A stretch of 64,000 bases of DNA from an uncultured Chloroflexia bacterium (GTDB lineage: Bacteria; Chloroflexota; Limnocylindria; Limnocylindrales; CSP1-4), in the NCBI GenBank assembly GCA_963833225.1, contig CAWHXD010000019.1:480001-544000 (forward strand). The letters are read 5' to 3'. Shown here piece after piece: positions 29,875 through 42,986 of the stretch; within the stretch, counting starts at the first letter, position 1; every line of letters begins with the position of its first letter. A program made the position numbers and the translations under genes. The notes beneath the pieces were generated by a model. That model worked only from the letters and a program-made list of their open reading frames with translations, did no database searches and was not told where the DNA came from.

Positions 29875-32800
29875 CAGCGGGACCCCACAGTGGCGAGTCC
29901 GCGGAAGGCCAGCGACGTCGCCTCGGCGCGGCTCGACGCTCCCAGCCGGGCCTGCAGGTGCGCCAGCCGGCGGGCGACCTCGTCCTCGCCGACGTCGAGC
30001 TCGGCGGCGATCTCGGTGTTCGTCCGGCCCTGGGTCAGCAGCTGGAGCAGGCGGCGATCGGCCGCATCGAGGCTGGGTGCCGCGCCGGCCGGCCCGGGAC
30101 CCGTGGCCGGAGCGGGTGCCTCCATCGGCCCCGCCAGCTCGACCAGCCGGCGCCCGACCGGCCCGGTGAGCCACCGGACGCGGATCGCTTCGTCGGCCGT
30201 GCCCTGCGCGATCCTGGCCAGCGTCAGTTGGAGGTAGCCGCGGACGAACGCCTGGACCTCGGGCGGACCCCCGGCAAGCAGCGCCCGGGCCGCGGGAATG
30301 AGGATCTCCAGGCTGGTGTCCTCGTGAAGCCCGGCCTGGAGCGCCTCGAGGGCGGCACCGCCGGATGCCGCCGCGGCCGCCGTGTCGCCGCGCGCCAGGG
30401 CGACGTGGGCCAGTGCGGCGTCCGCCTGCGCCACCCACGGGGCGTGACCCGGAAGGAGTGGCAGGAGCGACGTCACCTGCGCCACGGATCGCTCGACGAC
30501 CTCGACCAGCGCGGCGTCCCGCTCGGTCGTGCCGGCCGCCGGCAGGCCGTCGGCGGTTCCGCCTTCGATGTGGCCGGCAGCCTCGATCGCGAGCCGCGCC
30601 AGCGTCTCGCAGCGGGCGGAGGCCCGGCCGCTTTCCGTCGCGATCGCGACCGCCCGCTCGAGATGGCGGAGCATGCCCTCGACATCGCCGGCCCCGGAAC
30701 GCACGATTCCCCGCCAGGTCTCGAGCTGGCGGGCACGAGTGCGCGACGGGGCCATGGACGCGGCCGTGGCGGCCAGGTCGAGCCAGCGCTCCGCCCCGTC
30801 CACGTCGCCGAGGTCGAGCAGGGCGAGCGCCACGCCACCGGCGGCCAGGAACTCGGTGCTCCGGTCGCCCAGCAGCCGGGCCGCCCGGTGGGCATCCTCG
30901 CCGCGCGTGATCGCGAGGTCCGGGACCACCTTGGCCCGCGAGTACACGTGGACCCCGAACAGCATCTGGAGATCGAGCCGATCGCGCTCGCTCTCGGTGA
31001 CGATCTCGGACAGGCGCGACGTCACCAGGCGGATCTCCTCGAGGTGGCGCGCCGAGTTGGACAGGTGCATCGCCGGCCCGTACCGCGCGTAGGCCATCGC
31101 GATGACGGTCGACATGACCCCGGTCCGGTCGCCGAGGCGCTCGAAGATGCCGAGCGCACGCTCGAGCACGTCCGTCGCCTCGGTCATCAGCGGGCCGATC
31201 GGCGAGCCGAGGATGAGCGCCTCCACGTCGGCACCCGATGCCACCGCGGCAACCATCTCGTTGGCGCGGCCGGCCATCACCTCGCCGCCGAACCACGCCC
31301 GGCCGCGGGCGAAGTCGATCATCCCGATCTCGCGCAGCGCCGCCGCCAGCTGGCGCTCGTCACCGAGCTGCCCGGCGAGCTCGATGGCGCGGCGGTATGC
31401 CTCCTCGGCCGCATCGAGGTCGATCTCGATCGCGGCGCCGCCGAACGACTCGCCCAGCGGGCTCCGGAGGGCGGCCTGGCCAAGCTCCATGGTGGCCCGG
31501 AGCTCCGTCCTGGCATCCCCGCGCTCGTGGGCCCGGGCCCGGACCCGCCCGGCCAGCTCCGCGGCCGTCTCCTCGTCATGGCTCATCCGGAGCGCCGATG
31601 CCCGCCGCAGCTGGACGTCGAGCTCGACCTCCGGGTCACGCATCGCCTCGGCGAGCGAAGCGAGCTCGGTCAAGCCATCCAGCCGCTCGCCGGTCTTTCG
31701 AAGGACGGCGTACGCGTCGTCGCGAGTCGCGAGGAGGACCCGCCGGTCGGCAGGGGCCGACACGACCGGGAGCGCCTGCTCGACGAGCCGGAGCGCCTCC
31801 TCGGGGGCATTGGAGGCCAGGGCGGCGCTCGCGGCATCGATCGAGAACCGGGCGGCCCGGGCGGTATCGCCGGCGGCGAGCGCGTGCTGGGCCAGCATCG
31901 GCAGGCCGGCCGGGGCGGGATCGCCGCCCTCGAGCAGCAGGTCGACGACGGCGGCGTGGACCTGGCGGCGACGCGCAGCCGACAGGTGGCTTGCGGCGAA
32001 CTGGCGAACCTGCTCGTGCGCGAAGGTGTAGTCCGCGGGCTGGCCCTGCGGCTGCGCAAGCAGGAGCCCGGCCGCGACGGCAGGCAAAAGCTCGTCCGCC
32101 AGGGGGTCGGCGCCACCGACGGCACCCGACCCATCGACGGCATCGAGCGGAGCGGCCGGCGCGCCGCCGGCGCTGCCCGGCGAGGACACGGGCTCGGCGC
32201 CTCCGAGGCGAGCCTGGACCGCCCGCAGGTCCCGCAGGCTGAAGCTGCGGCCGAGGATGGCCGCGTCCCCCAGGACCCCCCGCGTCAGGGCGGGCAGCCG
32301 CGCCGCCCGGCGATCGATCAGCGTCCGGACCGCGGACGGGACGAGCCGCGCCGCGTTGCGGCCGAGCCGCCACACACCATCGATCTGCTGGAGCGTGCCG
32401 GCTTCGCGGTAGGTCCGCGACAGCTCCTCGACGATGAACGGCACGCCCTCGGACTGCGCGTGCATCGAGGTCGCCGATGCCGCCTCGACCGGACCGCCCA
32501 GCACCCGCTTGAGCAGCTCCGCCGTCTCGACCGAGGTGAACCGTCCGAGCCGCAGCCGCCGAAGGAGACCCATCCGCTCCATGTCGGCCACGAGGTTCAC
32601 TGCCTCGGTGACGGCCGCGAACTCGTCCGGCCGGATCGTCACGAACAGGAAGATGGGCCGATCGGAATCGCTGCGGACCACGTAGCGGAGCAGCCGGAGC
32701 GTGTCGTCGTCGGCCCACTGGACGTCGTCGATCAGCAGCGCGAGCGGCCTGATGGTGGCGAGCGTCGAGATCGCAACGCCCGCGAGATCGAAGGCCCGGA

Positions 32801-33290
32801 GGAGCTTGGCCTCCGGCGAGAGTGCCTCGTAGCCGCGCTCGTCGCGCCCGGAGATTGCCTCCACCACCCGCCCGACGGCGCTCTCCGCCGGGGTCCCGGC
32901 AGTCGAGTCCCGGACCGAGCTCGACGCGAACAGGCTTCTCGCGAGGAGGAACGGGCCCCGGATCTGCTCGTCGGCCGTGATCGCGACGCAGGTGAAGCCC
33001 CGAGCGGCGGCGAGCTCCGCGGCCGCAAGCAGGAGCCGTGTCTTGCCGATCCCCGGCTCGCCCTCCACGGTCACCGCGGCAAGGCGGCCACCCGCCTCGA
33101 CGAGCTCCTGGGAGACCGCCTCGAGCTCGGCGCTCCGGCCGATGACGGCGCCGGAGGCACGGCGCAGCTGGACCGCGAGCGAGCACTGGGGGCCGACCAG
33201 CGGGTCGAGGGCACCGCCGTCCGTCTGCCGGAGCGCTGTGCCCGCCTCAACGGACGCCGATGCGCCGCCAGGCCCGGCGGACGAGAGCAT
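29874..33290 (-). CDS. STAND/AAA ATPase with TPR-like helical region and C-terminal LuxR HTH
   Basis: IGRSAEL, GEPGIGKT, LLIDDVQWAD, SEGVPFIVEEL, YTFAHEQVR, GRTNTEIAAELDVG. Confidence 0.88.
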   Translation of the reverse strand: MLSSAGPGGASASVEAGTALRQTDGGALDPLVGPQCSLAVQLRRASGAVIGRSAELEAVSQELVEAGGRLAAVTVEGEPGIGKTRLLLAAAELAAARGFTCVAITADEQIRGPFLLARSLFASSSVRDSTAGTPAESAVGRVVEAISGRDERGYEALSPEAKLLRAFDLAGVAISTLATIRPLALLIDDVQWADDDTLRLLRYVVRSDSDRPIFLFVTIRPDEFAAVTEAVNLVADMERMGLLRRLRLGRFTSVETAELLKRVLGGPVEAASATSMHAQSEGVPFIVEELSRTYREAGTLQQIDGVWRLGRNAARLVPSAVRTLIDRRAARLPALTRGVLGDAAILGRSFSLRDLRAVQARLGGAEPVSSPGSAGGAPAAPLDAVDGSGAVGGADPLADELLPAVAAGLLLAQPQGQPADYTFAHEQVRQFAASHLSAARRRQVHAAVVDLLLEGGDPAPAGLPMLAQHALAAGDTARAARFSIDAASAALASNAPEEALRLVEQALPVVSAPADRRVLLATRDDAYAVLRKTGERLDGLTELASLAEAMRDPEVELDVQLRRASALRMSHDEETAAELAGRVRARAHERGDARTELRATMELGQAALRSPLGESFGGAAIEIDLDAAEEAYRRAIELAGQLGDERQLAAALREIGMIDFARGRAWFGGEVMAGRANEMVAAVASGADVEALILGSPIGPLMTEATDVLERALGIFERLGDRTGVMSTVIAMAYARYGPAMHLSNSARHLEEIRLVTSRLSEIVTESERDRLDLQMLFGVHVYSRAKVVPDLAITRGEDAHRAARLLGDRSTEFLAAGGVALALLDLGDVDGAERWLDLAATAASMAPSRTRARQLETWRGIVRSGAGDVEGMLRHLERAVAIATESGRASARCETLARLAIEAAGHIEGGTADGLPAAGTTERDAALVEVVERSVAQVTSLLPLLPGHAPWVAQADAALAHVALARGDTAAAAASGGAALEALQAGLHEDTSLEILIPAARALLAGGPPEVQAFVRGYLQLTLARIAQGTADEAIRVRWLTGPVGRRLVELAGPMEAPAPATGPGPAGAAPSLDAADRRLLQLLTQGRTNTEIAAELDVGEDEVARRLAHLQARLGASSRAEATSLAFRGLATVGSR

Positions 33291-34651
33291 CACGCCTCGC
33301 TCGCCGCCGACAGCTGGTCGGCATAGCGCTCGAGGGAGCGGGCCACCTTGGCCAGGGGCTCCATGAGGGCGGGTGTGCACGCCTGCCCGCAGCGACGGGC
33401 GAAGGCGGCCGCATCCCGAAGGCGCTCCTCCATCAGCACCCAGGCCGCCCGCTGGTGTGGCAGCAGGTAGTCGACCTGGTAGAACAGCTCGAACCCGGGG
33501 CCGGCGGTGACGCCGGGCATGTCCAGGCCGATGGGCAGCGTCGTGACCACGGTGCCGAGGGGCTTGATCGCGGTGTACATCAGGCCGACGCTGACGTCGG
33601 CCAGGACCTGGAGCTGCTCCGGCGATTCGTCGGTATGGGCGAAGTACCGGGACAACAGCTGGAGCAGCACCTCGTTGGTCACGTTGAGCAGGTCCATGCA
33701 GCGGGTCGTCCCGGGGTCCGTGATGAGGGGCACCTCGACCCCGGTCGACTGCGGCCGGACGTTGGCGGCGACGACGGGCCGCGCGGGCTCGAACCCCGGA
33801 TCCGCCTGCTTGAGCTCGAGGTATTCGTCGAGGATGCCCAGGAGGCGTCCGAAGTGGGCGTCGCGCCACTCGCCGCGCGCGCCCTCGCCCTGCTCGACGA
33901 TGGTGTCGATCGCCTGGTTCGCAGTGGCGAGGTCGGTCACCGCGACCAGCTCCGGCCACCGGAAGTGCTCCTCGGTCGCCTGGGCGCCGGGAGGCCCCAC
34001 GAACAGGCGCTCCGAGCCCAGTCTGCCGTCGAGGTGCTCGAAGCCGGCCTGGAGCGAGCGGTAGAGCTGGCCGATCGTGTCGAACTCCTGCAGCTGCGGC
34101 ACGATCTCGTCCGCCCCGCCATGCGGCAGCGGGACCGCCTGCTCGACCGCCGCGAACATCTCGGCGTCCTCGACGTCCATCCCCTCCGGCCGCTCGAGGA
34201 AGGCGAAGTGGCGCAGGGCTGCCTCGCCGAACGGCACCAGCTCGATCCGCACCCCGGCCGGGTAGGCATAGGCGGTCATCGGGAAGTTCGGCCGGGCGAG
34301 ACGCGGGGCGGCGCCGACCGCCGTGAGCAGGTTCTGGACGAGCGCGAGGTGGAGCATCTCCTGCTCGGCGATCTCCAGCAGCGTCTTGCGCCAGCGCTTG
34401 ATCGCCGCGAGCTGGTCCGGCGTCAGCCCCTCGTCCTCGGACTGCTTGAGCGAGAACGCCGCGAACAGGTACATGAGCATCACGAGGTGCTCGAGCTCGG
34501 CGGCCTTGCCCAGGGTGTAGACAAGCGCCTCGCGGTGCTCCAGGCCCCCGGTGTGTGCGTCGTCGGGCCCCCGTCGGATCTCCAGGACGGTGGCCAGCGG
34601 GCCGTGCGGGCCGGGCATGGCACTCGTGCCCGGGGTTGAACCTTCGATCAT
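33290..34651 (-). CDS. Ferritin-like domain protein (VioB-type ferritin-like family)
   Basis: AAELEH..MLMYLFAAFSL, IAEQEMLHL.LVQNLL.AVG, IVEQGEG, AHF.R. Confidence 0.82.
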   Translation of the reverse strand: MIEGSTPGTSAMPGPHGPLATVLEIRRGPDDAHTGGLEHREALVYTLGKAAELEHLVMLMYLFAAFSLKQSEDEGLTPDQLAAIKRWRKTLLEIAEQEMLHLALVQNLLTAVGAAPRLARPNFPMTAYAYPAGVRIELVPFGEAALRHFAFLERPEGMDVEDAEMFAAVEQAVPLPHGGADEIVPQLQEFDTIGQLYRSLQAGFEHLDGRLGSERLFVGPPGAQATEEHFRWPELVAVTDLATANQAIDTIVEQGEGARGEWRDAHFGRLLGILDEYLELKQADPGFEPARPVVAANVRPQSTGVEVPLITDPGTTRCMDLLNVTNEVLLQLLSRYFAHTDESPEQLQVLADVSVGLMYTAIKPLGTVVTTLPIGLDMPGVTAGPGFELFYQVDYLLPHQRAAWVLMEERLRDAAAFARRCGQACTPALMEPLAKVARSLERYADQLSAASEA

Positions 34652-34739
34652 GGGGCGCCTCCCAAGGGTTTGGGCGATCGAATTCGCGGAGGAACGCGGC
34701 GCCGGCCGGCGGACCGCGGGCGTGAGCGGAGCCGGAGAC

Positions 34740-35033
34740 TCACATCGCGGCGCCCTCGTCGCTCGCCGGACCGGACTCGTAGAACCGGTCGTCCGGGTAG
34801 CACCACCACCAGGCCTCGCCGGGCTCTGCGCTCCGGATCATCGGGTGCCCCGTCTCGCGGTGATGGGCCGTGGCGTGCCGGTTCGGGCTCTCGTCGCAGC
34901 AGCCTGTGCGGCCGCAGGAGAGGCACTGTCGGAGGTGGATCCACCGGCCGCCAGTCTCGACGCACGTTGAACAGACCCGGAGCGGCGCGTCAACCCGGAT
35001 GTCGGGCTCGAAGTGCTCGCAGTACGACGTCAC
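34740..35033 (-). CDS. Stand-alone UBP-type zinc finger protein
   Basis: CEH...CSTC...WIHLRQCLSCG.TGCCD.SPNRHATAH...GHPMIRS.EPGE.W.WCYPD. Confidence 0.9.
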   Translation of the reverse strand: MTSYCEHFEPDIRVDAPLRVCSTCVETGGRWIHLRQCLSCGRTGCCDESPNRHATAHHRETGHPMIRSAEPGEAWWWCYPDDRFYESGPASDEGAAM

Positions 35034-35293
35034 GTGGCAACTCGGGCAGCGACCTGCAGTGTGCGGATCCTGCGTGGCAGGTCTCGTTGCCCGGACACTA
35101 CCACCGAACGCCCGGTGGGCTCATGCGGCGAGCGCAGGTCGGACGTCCGGGCTCCGGCGAGAGCGCGAACGCCCAGGGCCGGCCACGGATGACGACCGGT
35201 CGTGATCGATTCGCACCAACGTGCGAGGATTGGAGCAACCCTGAATGTCGGCAGTCATGCCATGGACGAACCGGCGGGGCCGTCAGGAGCCCA

Positions 35294-38169
<2,876 letters not shown>

Positions 38170-38173
<4 letters not shown>

Positions 38174-39084
38174 GGATCCTCATCGCCGACGACGACGTGA
38201 CGTCTCGGCTCGTGCTCATCGGGGTGCTCCGCAAGCACGGCCACGACATCGTGGCCGCCGTGGACGGGGCGGAGGCCTGGGAGATGATGCGCCGACCGAA
38301 TGCGCCGGCCCTGGCCATCCTGGACTGGATGATGCCCGGGCTCTCCGGCGTCGAGGTCTGCCGCCGTATCCGTGACCTCCACCAGGACCAGCGGCCCTAC
38401 CTCCTCATCCTCACGTCCCGCGGCGAGAAGACCGACGTCGTCGCGGGGCTCGAGGCCGGGGCGGACGACTACCTGGCCAAGCCATTCGATCCGGGCGAGC
38501 TGCGCGCCCGGGTGGACGTGGGCCGGCGGATGATCGACCTCCAGGTCCAGCTGCGCAAGGCGCACGCGGCCGTCACCCACGCTGCCATGCATGACCCGCT
38601 GACCGGCGTCCTGAACCGTCGGGCGTTTGGCGAGGTCCTGACCCGGGCGGTGTCTGAGCAGCGCCGCCACCATGGGGGGCTGGCCCTCGGGATCTGCGAC
38701 GTCGACGAGTTCAAGAAGATCAATGACGCCAAGGGCCACCAGGCGGGAGACAAGGTGCTGTGCGGGCTCGTCCGCGTGGTCGCCGGCACGCTCCGCGGGC
38801 AGGACGTCCTGAGCCGGTACGGCGGCGACGAGTTCGTCGCCCTGGCGGAACAAATCAGCGAGGCCGACGCCGGGAGGTTGTTCGAGCGAGTGCGCGCGGC
38901 CGTCGCCGCCGATGCCATCGCCACGAGGGCGGGGGACGTGCCGGTCACGATCAGCTTCGGGGTCGCCACGTGGCGGGACGATGACACCGAGGACCAGCTG
39001 CTCGCGAGGGCCGATGCCGCCCTGTACCGGGCCAAGAGCGAGGGGCGAGATCGAGTCTGCCTCGACGGTGAACCGGCGCCATGA
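38170..39084 (+). CDS. REC-GGDEF diguanylate cyclase
   Basis: LDWMMPG, DPLTG..NRR, RGQD I-site, RYGGDEF; ATGA overlap with the kinase. Confidence 0.95.
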
Positions 39085-39148
39085 CGTCGTCGCAGGACGG
39101 CACGCCCGCCACCGATACCGAGGACGTGACACCCCCGAGACAGCCCTA

Positions 39149-39198
39149 TTGACCCTGCGCCACCCCCGGTGGTAGCGTCCGCAAGTCATCTTATGACT
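39149..39198 (+). promoter_or_regulatory. Sigma70 promoter plus palindromic operator
   Basis: TTGACC-N18-TAGCGT then AGTCAT-ctt-ATGACT (39184-39198) at the predicted transcription start. Confidence 0.65.
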
Positions 39199-39199
39199 G

Positions 39200-40703
39200 A
39201 TGACTTTTGAGGACCGGGCTATCCACGTCATCGGCTGCGACGTTGGCTCCCAGAGTCTCAAGGGTGTCCTGGTGGACGGCGACGCGCGCGTCGTCGCCGA
39301 GGCGGCCGAGGCTTATCCGATCACGTATCCGCGCGCAGGCTGGGCGCAGCAGGATCCGCTCCAGTGGACGGCGGCCCTTCGTCAGGTGATCCGCCAGCTC
39401 CTTGAGAGAAGTGGGGTTGACGGGTGCTCCGTGGCCGCAATCGGCCTCGCCTCCCAGGTGGATGGTGCGGTGGCCGTCGACGAGTCGCTGCGCCCGCTTG
39501 GCCCCGGCATCATCTGGATGGACAGGCGCGCCACGCGTCAGACGGAGCGCCTGCGCCGGGAAGTGGACCCGCAGGACGCCCTCCGGATCACCGGCCTCAA
39601 CATCGACGCCGCCCACGTCGCGCCGAAGATCCTCTGGCTCCGCGACGAGCACTCGGAGCAGGTCGCACGGACCCGGGCCTATCTCCTGCCGGGGTCGTTC
39701 GTTGTGGCCGACCTGACCGGGGAGGTGGTGGTCGACCATGCCAACGCCTCGTCCACGCTCCTCTACGACATCACGCGCCGGGACTGGTCGCCGCGGATGC
39801 TGGATGCCGCGGGGCTGGATCCAGGCCCTCCTTGGCCCGATCGCGGCCGCGCACGCGATCGCGGGGACGCTCCGGCCGGCGGTCGCGACGGAGCTGGGCC
39901 TCGATCCGGGCTGCCGGGTGGTCGTCGGGACGGGCGACGAGCATGGTGCCTGCCTCGGCGCGGGCGGGATCCGGGAGGACGTGCTGTGCGACATCACCGG
40001 GACGGCCGAGCCGGTGGCGTGCGCATCCACCGGACCCGTCATCGACCCCACCGGCCTGGTCGAGACGCACGGCCACGCGGATGACCGGGTCTGGCTCGTG
40101 GAGAACCCCGGCTTCGTCTCAGGAGGGAGCGTGCGCTGGTACCTCGGCATCACCGGTGAGGATGAGCGGAGCCTCGACCTGGCCTCCCAGGTCCCCCCGG
40201 GCAGCGATGGCGTGACCTTCCTTGCCGCGCTGAGCGGCGCCACGACACCTCGCTGGAACGAGCACGCGCGGGGCGTATTCGCGGGCCTCGGGCTCAACCA
40301 CGGAAAGCCCCATCTTGCCCGCGCCCTGCTGGAGGGGTGCACCTTCGCGCTGCGCGACCTCGTCGACCGGTTCCACGAGCTGGGGCTGGGAGGCCCCGAG
40401 CTCCGGGTGGTGGGCGGTGGCGCCCGAAGCGACGTCTGGCTCCAGATGAAGGCGGATGTCACGGGGCGGACGGTCCGGACCGTCGTCGCCCGCGAGGCCA
40501 CCGCGATCGGCGCCGCGCAGCTGGCCGGAGTCGGCGCAGGGCTGTTCCGCGATCTCGACGAGGCGGTCGACCGGCTCACCCGGCTGGGACCACGGGCCTA
40601 CGAACCGGACCCGGCCACCCGCGCCGCCTACGACGACGCATACGGGCGGTACCGGCGCCTCTTCGATGCCATCGATCCGCTGACGATGCCGACGAGCGCC
40701 TGA
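39200..40703 (+). CDS. FGGY-family carbohydrate kinase (xylulokinase-like; frameshift near 39830)
   Basis: IGCDVGSQSLK, IIWMDRRA, PKILWL, then GTGDE, TGT, ALLEG, GGGARS..WLQMKADV. Confidence 0.88.
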
Positions 40704-42127
40704 TGACGCTCACGACCCTCCCGGTGGACCTCGACGAGTTCCGGCGCGTCCTTGCGGACGGGCCCGCCGGTAGCGGACTGCAGTCGATCGGGCTCCGCGA
40801 GGCGGCCATCCGTGAGGGCGCCCTTGATCAGCTCGTGCCGGCCATCCTCCGGCTCGTCACCCCTGGCGCCCAAGTCGTGGTCCTGATGGATGCCACGCCG
40901 ATGCACCGCGGCGAGCAGGACCTCAAGATCCTGGTCCCCTCGCTCCTCGCGACCCAATTCCCGGTGCGGGTGGAGGTGCTGGGGCGGGACCGAGTTGAGC
41001 TCCACGCAGACGAGGCTGCGCTGGCGGAAGCGGACCGGGCGATCATGGGCGCGGCCTGTGTCGTGACGCTCGGCTCGGGCACGGTCACCGATCTCGGCAA
41101 GGATGCGACCTTCCGTGCCGGCGGAGTCCCGCTCGTAGTCGTCCAGACGGCTGTCTCCGTGAACGCGTTCTCGGATGACATGGCCGTTCTCCTGCGGAAC
41201 GGCGTCAAGCGGACGGTGCCGTCCCACTGGCCGAGCGCCCTGATCGTGGACCTCGAGACCATCGCCGACGCCCCTCCGTCGATGAACCGCGCGGGTTTCG
41301 GGGAGCTCATCTCCATGTTCACGGCTCCGGCCGACTGGTACCTGGCCTCCGCGACGGGGATGGACGACTCCTACGACGGGCGGGTCGTACAGCTGTTCCG
41401 CGAGCGCGCCGACCAGCTTCTCGCGATCGCGACGGGGGTCGCGGAGCGGCGCCCGGATGCGCTCGCGGAGCTGGCCGGCCTGATGACCCTGACCGGCATC
41501 GCGATGGGTGCCGCCGGCCGCACCGCACCGCTGTCCGGCATGGAGCACACCGTGAGCCACCTGCTCGACATGGCGGCGGAACAGGCGGGTCGTCCGCTGG
41601 CGTTTCACGGGGCCCAGGTCGGTGCCGCGGCCGCGGTCACCGCCGTCGTCTGGCGGCGGTTCCTGGAGCGGTTCGACCCGGCGAGCCTGCTGGATGAGGC
41701 GGCCTATCCGTCCGCGGCCGAGATGGAGCCCCGGGTACGTGAAGCGTTCCACGGACTCGATCCGAGCGGCCGGGTCGGCGACGAGTGCTGGCGGGACTAC
41801 GCGCAGAAGCTGGATCGGTGGAGGAGCCGTCGCGCGCACGCCGAGGCGTTTGTCCGCGCTTGGCCGGAGCATCGCACTCGGATCGAAGCGATCCTCGTGG
41901 CCCCGGGCGCGATCGCCGGTGCGCTCCACCGCGCGGGGGCGCCGGCCCGGTTCAGCGAGCTGGACCCGCCCATGGACGCCGCGACGGTGCGCTGGGCGAT
42001 CGGGAGCTGCCACCTGATGCGCAACCGGTTCACCATCACGGACCTGGCCTCGTTCACGGGCCAGTGGGGCGAGGCTGCTGTCGACGAGGTGCTCGCCGAG
42101 GCGACGACCATGGGTGTGGGCCTGTGA
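40703..42127 (+). CDS. sn-glycerol-1-phosphate dehydrogenase-like (AraM/EgsA family)
   Basis: GSGTVTDLGK, TAVSVNAFS, AGFGEL, SGMEHTVSH, HGAQVG. Confidence 0.82.
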   Translation: MTLTTLPVDLDEFRRVLADGPAGSGLQSIGLREAAIREGALDQLVPAILRLVTPGAQVVVLMDATPMHRGEQDLKILVPSLLATQFPVRVEVLGRDRVELHADEAALAEADRAIMGAACVVTLGSGTVTDLGKDATFRAGGVPLVVVQTAVSVNAFSDDMAVLLRNGVKRTVPSHWPSALIVDLETIADAPPSMNRAGFGELISMFTAPADWYLASATGMDDSYDGRVVQLFRERADQLLAIATGVAERRPDALAELAGLMTLTGIAMGAAGRTAPLSGMEHTVSHLLDMAAEQAGRPLAFHGAQVGAAAAVTAVVWRRFLERFDPASLLDEAAYPSAAEMEPRVREAFHGLDPSGRVGDECWRDYAQKLDRWRSRRAHAEAFVRAWPEHRTRIEAILVAPGAIAGALHRAGAPARFSELDPPMDAATVRWAIGSCHLMRNRFTITDLASFTGQWGEAAVDEVLAEATTMGVGL

Positions 42128-42975
42128 GCGCCCCGGCGCGCCCGACGAGTTACTTCCGGGGGTACGTGTTCGACCTCGATGGCACGCTCTACCTCGGCGA
42201 CTCGCTCCTCCCCGGCGCTGCAGAGACGGTGCGGCTGATCCGCGCGAACGGCTCCCGGGTGGCGTTCCTCACCAACAAGCCCCTCGAGCTCCCGGCCGAC
42301 TACGCGGCCAAGCTGACCGCGCTCGGCATCCCGGCGGTCGAGAGCGACGTTGTCTCGTCCACGGACGCCCTGCGGCTCTATCTCCGCGAGCATGCCGCCG
42401 GGGCGCGGATCTTCACCGTCTCCGAGCCGGTCGTTGCCGGCCTGCTCCGGGATGACGGGTTCACGCTGACCGACGATCCGGCGCAGATCGACGTCGTCGT
42501 GGTCTCGTTCGATCGCACCTTCGACTACGCGAAGCTGCTCACCGCTTTCCTTGCCGTCCGGCGCGGCGCCCGGATCGTGGCGACCAACCCGGACCCGTAC
42601 TGCCCGACGCCCGAAGGCGGTCTCCCGGACTGTGCGGCGATGCTCGCCGCGATCGAGACCGCGAGCGGTGGGCGGGCGGAGGCGATCGTCGGCAAGCCGT
42701 CGGCCCACATGTCACGCGCCGTTCTGGAGCGGCTGGGCCTGGAGGCGGGCGAGACGATCCTGGTCGGCGACCGGTTGCTGACGGACATCGCGATGGCACG
42801 GGCGGCCGGGATGGCATCCGCCCTGGTCCTGACGGGTGCCACCAGCGCTGCGGACCTCGCCGCGAGCGAGATCCGTCCCGACTTCATTCTCGATGGCGCC
42901 CACGAGCTCATCCCGGATGGCTCCGTAGCCGTTGAGTCCATACCCCAGCTCCCGACAGCGCCCGCACACGGGTAA
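42124..42975 (+). CDS. HAD-IIA hydrolase (NagD/AraL-like)
   Basis: FDLDGTLY, FLTN, ATNPD, VGKP, VGDRL.TDI. Confidence 0.92.
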   Translation: MSAPARPTSYFRGYVFDLDGTLYLGDSLLPGAAETVRLIRANGSRVAFLTNKPLELPADYAAKLTALGIPAVESDVVSSTDALRLYLREHAAGARIFTVSEPVVAGLLRDDGFTLTDDPAQIDVVVVSFDRTFDYAKLLTAFLAVRRGARIVATNPDPYCPTPEGGLPDCAAMLAAIETASGGRAEAIVGKPSAHMSRAVLERLGLEAGETILVGDRLLTDIAMARAAGMASALVLTGATSAADLAASEIRPDFILDGAHELIPDGSVAVESIPQLPTAPAHG

Positions 42976-42986
42976 ACGGAGGTCCC

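Noticed and set aside
29875-31296. 718-aa ORF implying a long N-terminal extension on the cyclase
   Set aside because: The upstream part is an alternate frame of the STAND gene; the real start is the ATG at 29874 overlapping the STAND stop.
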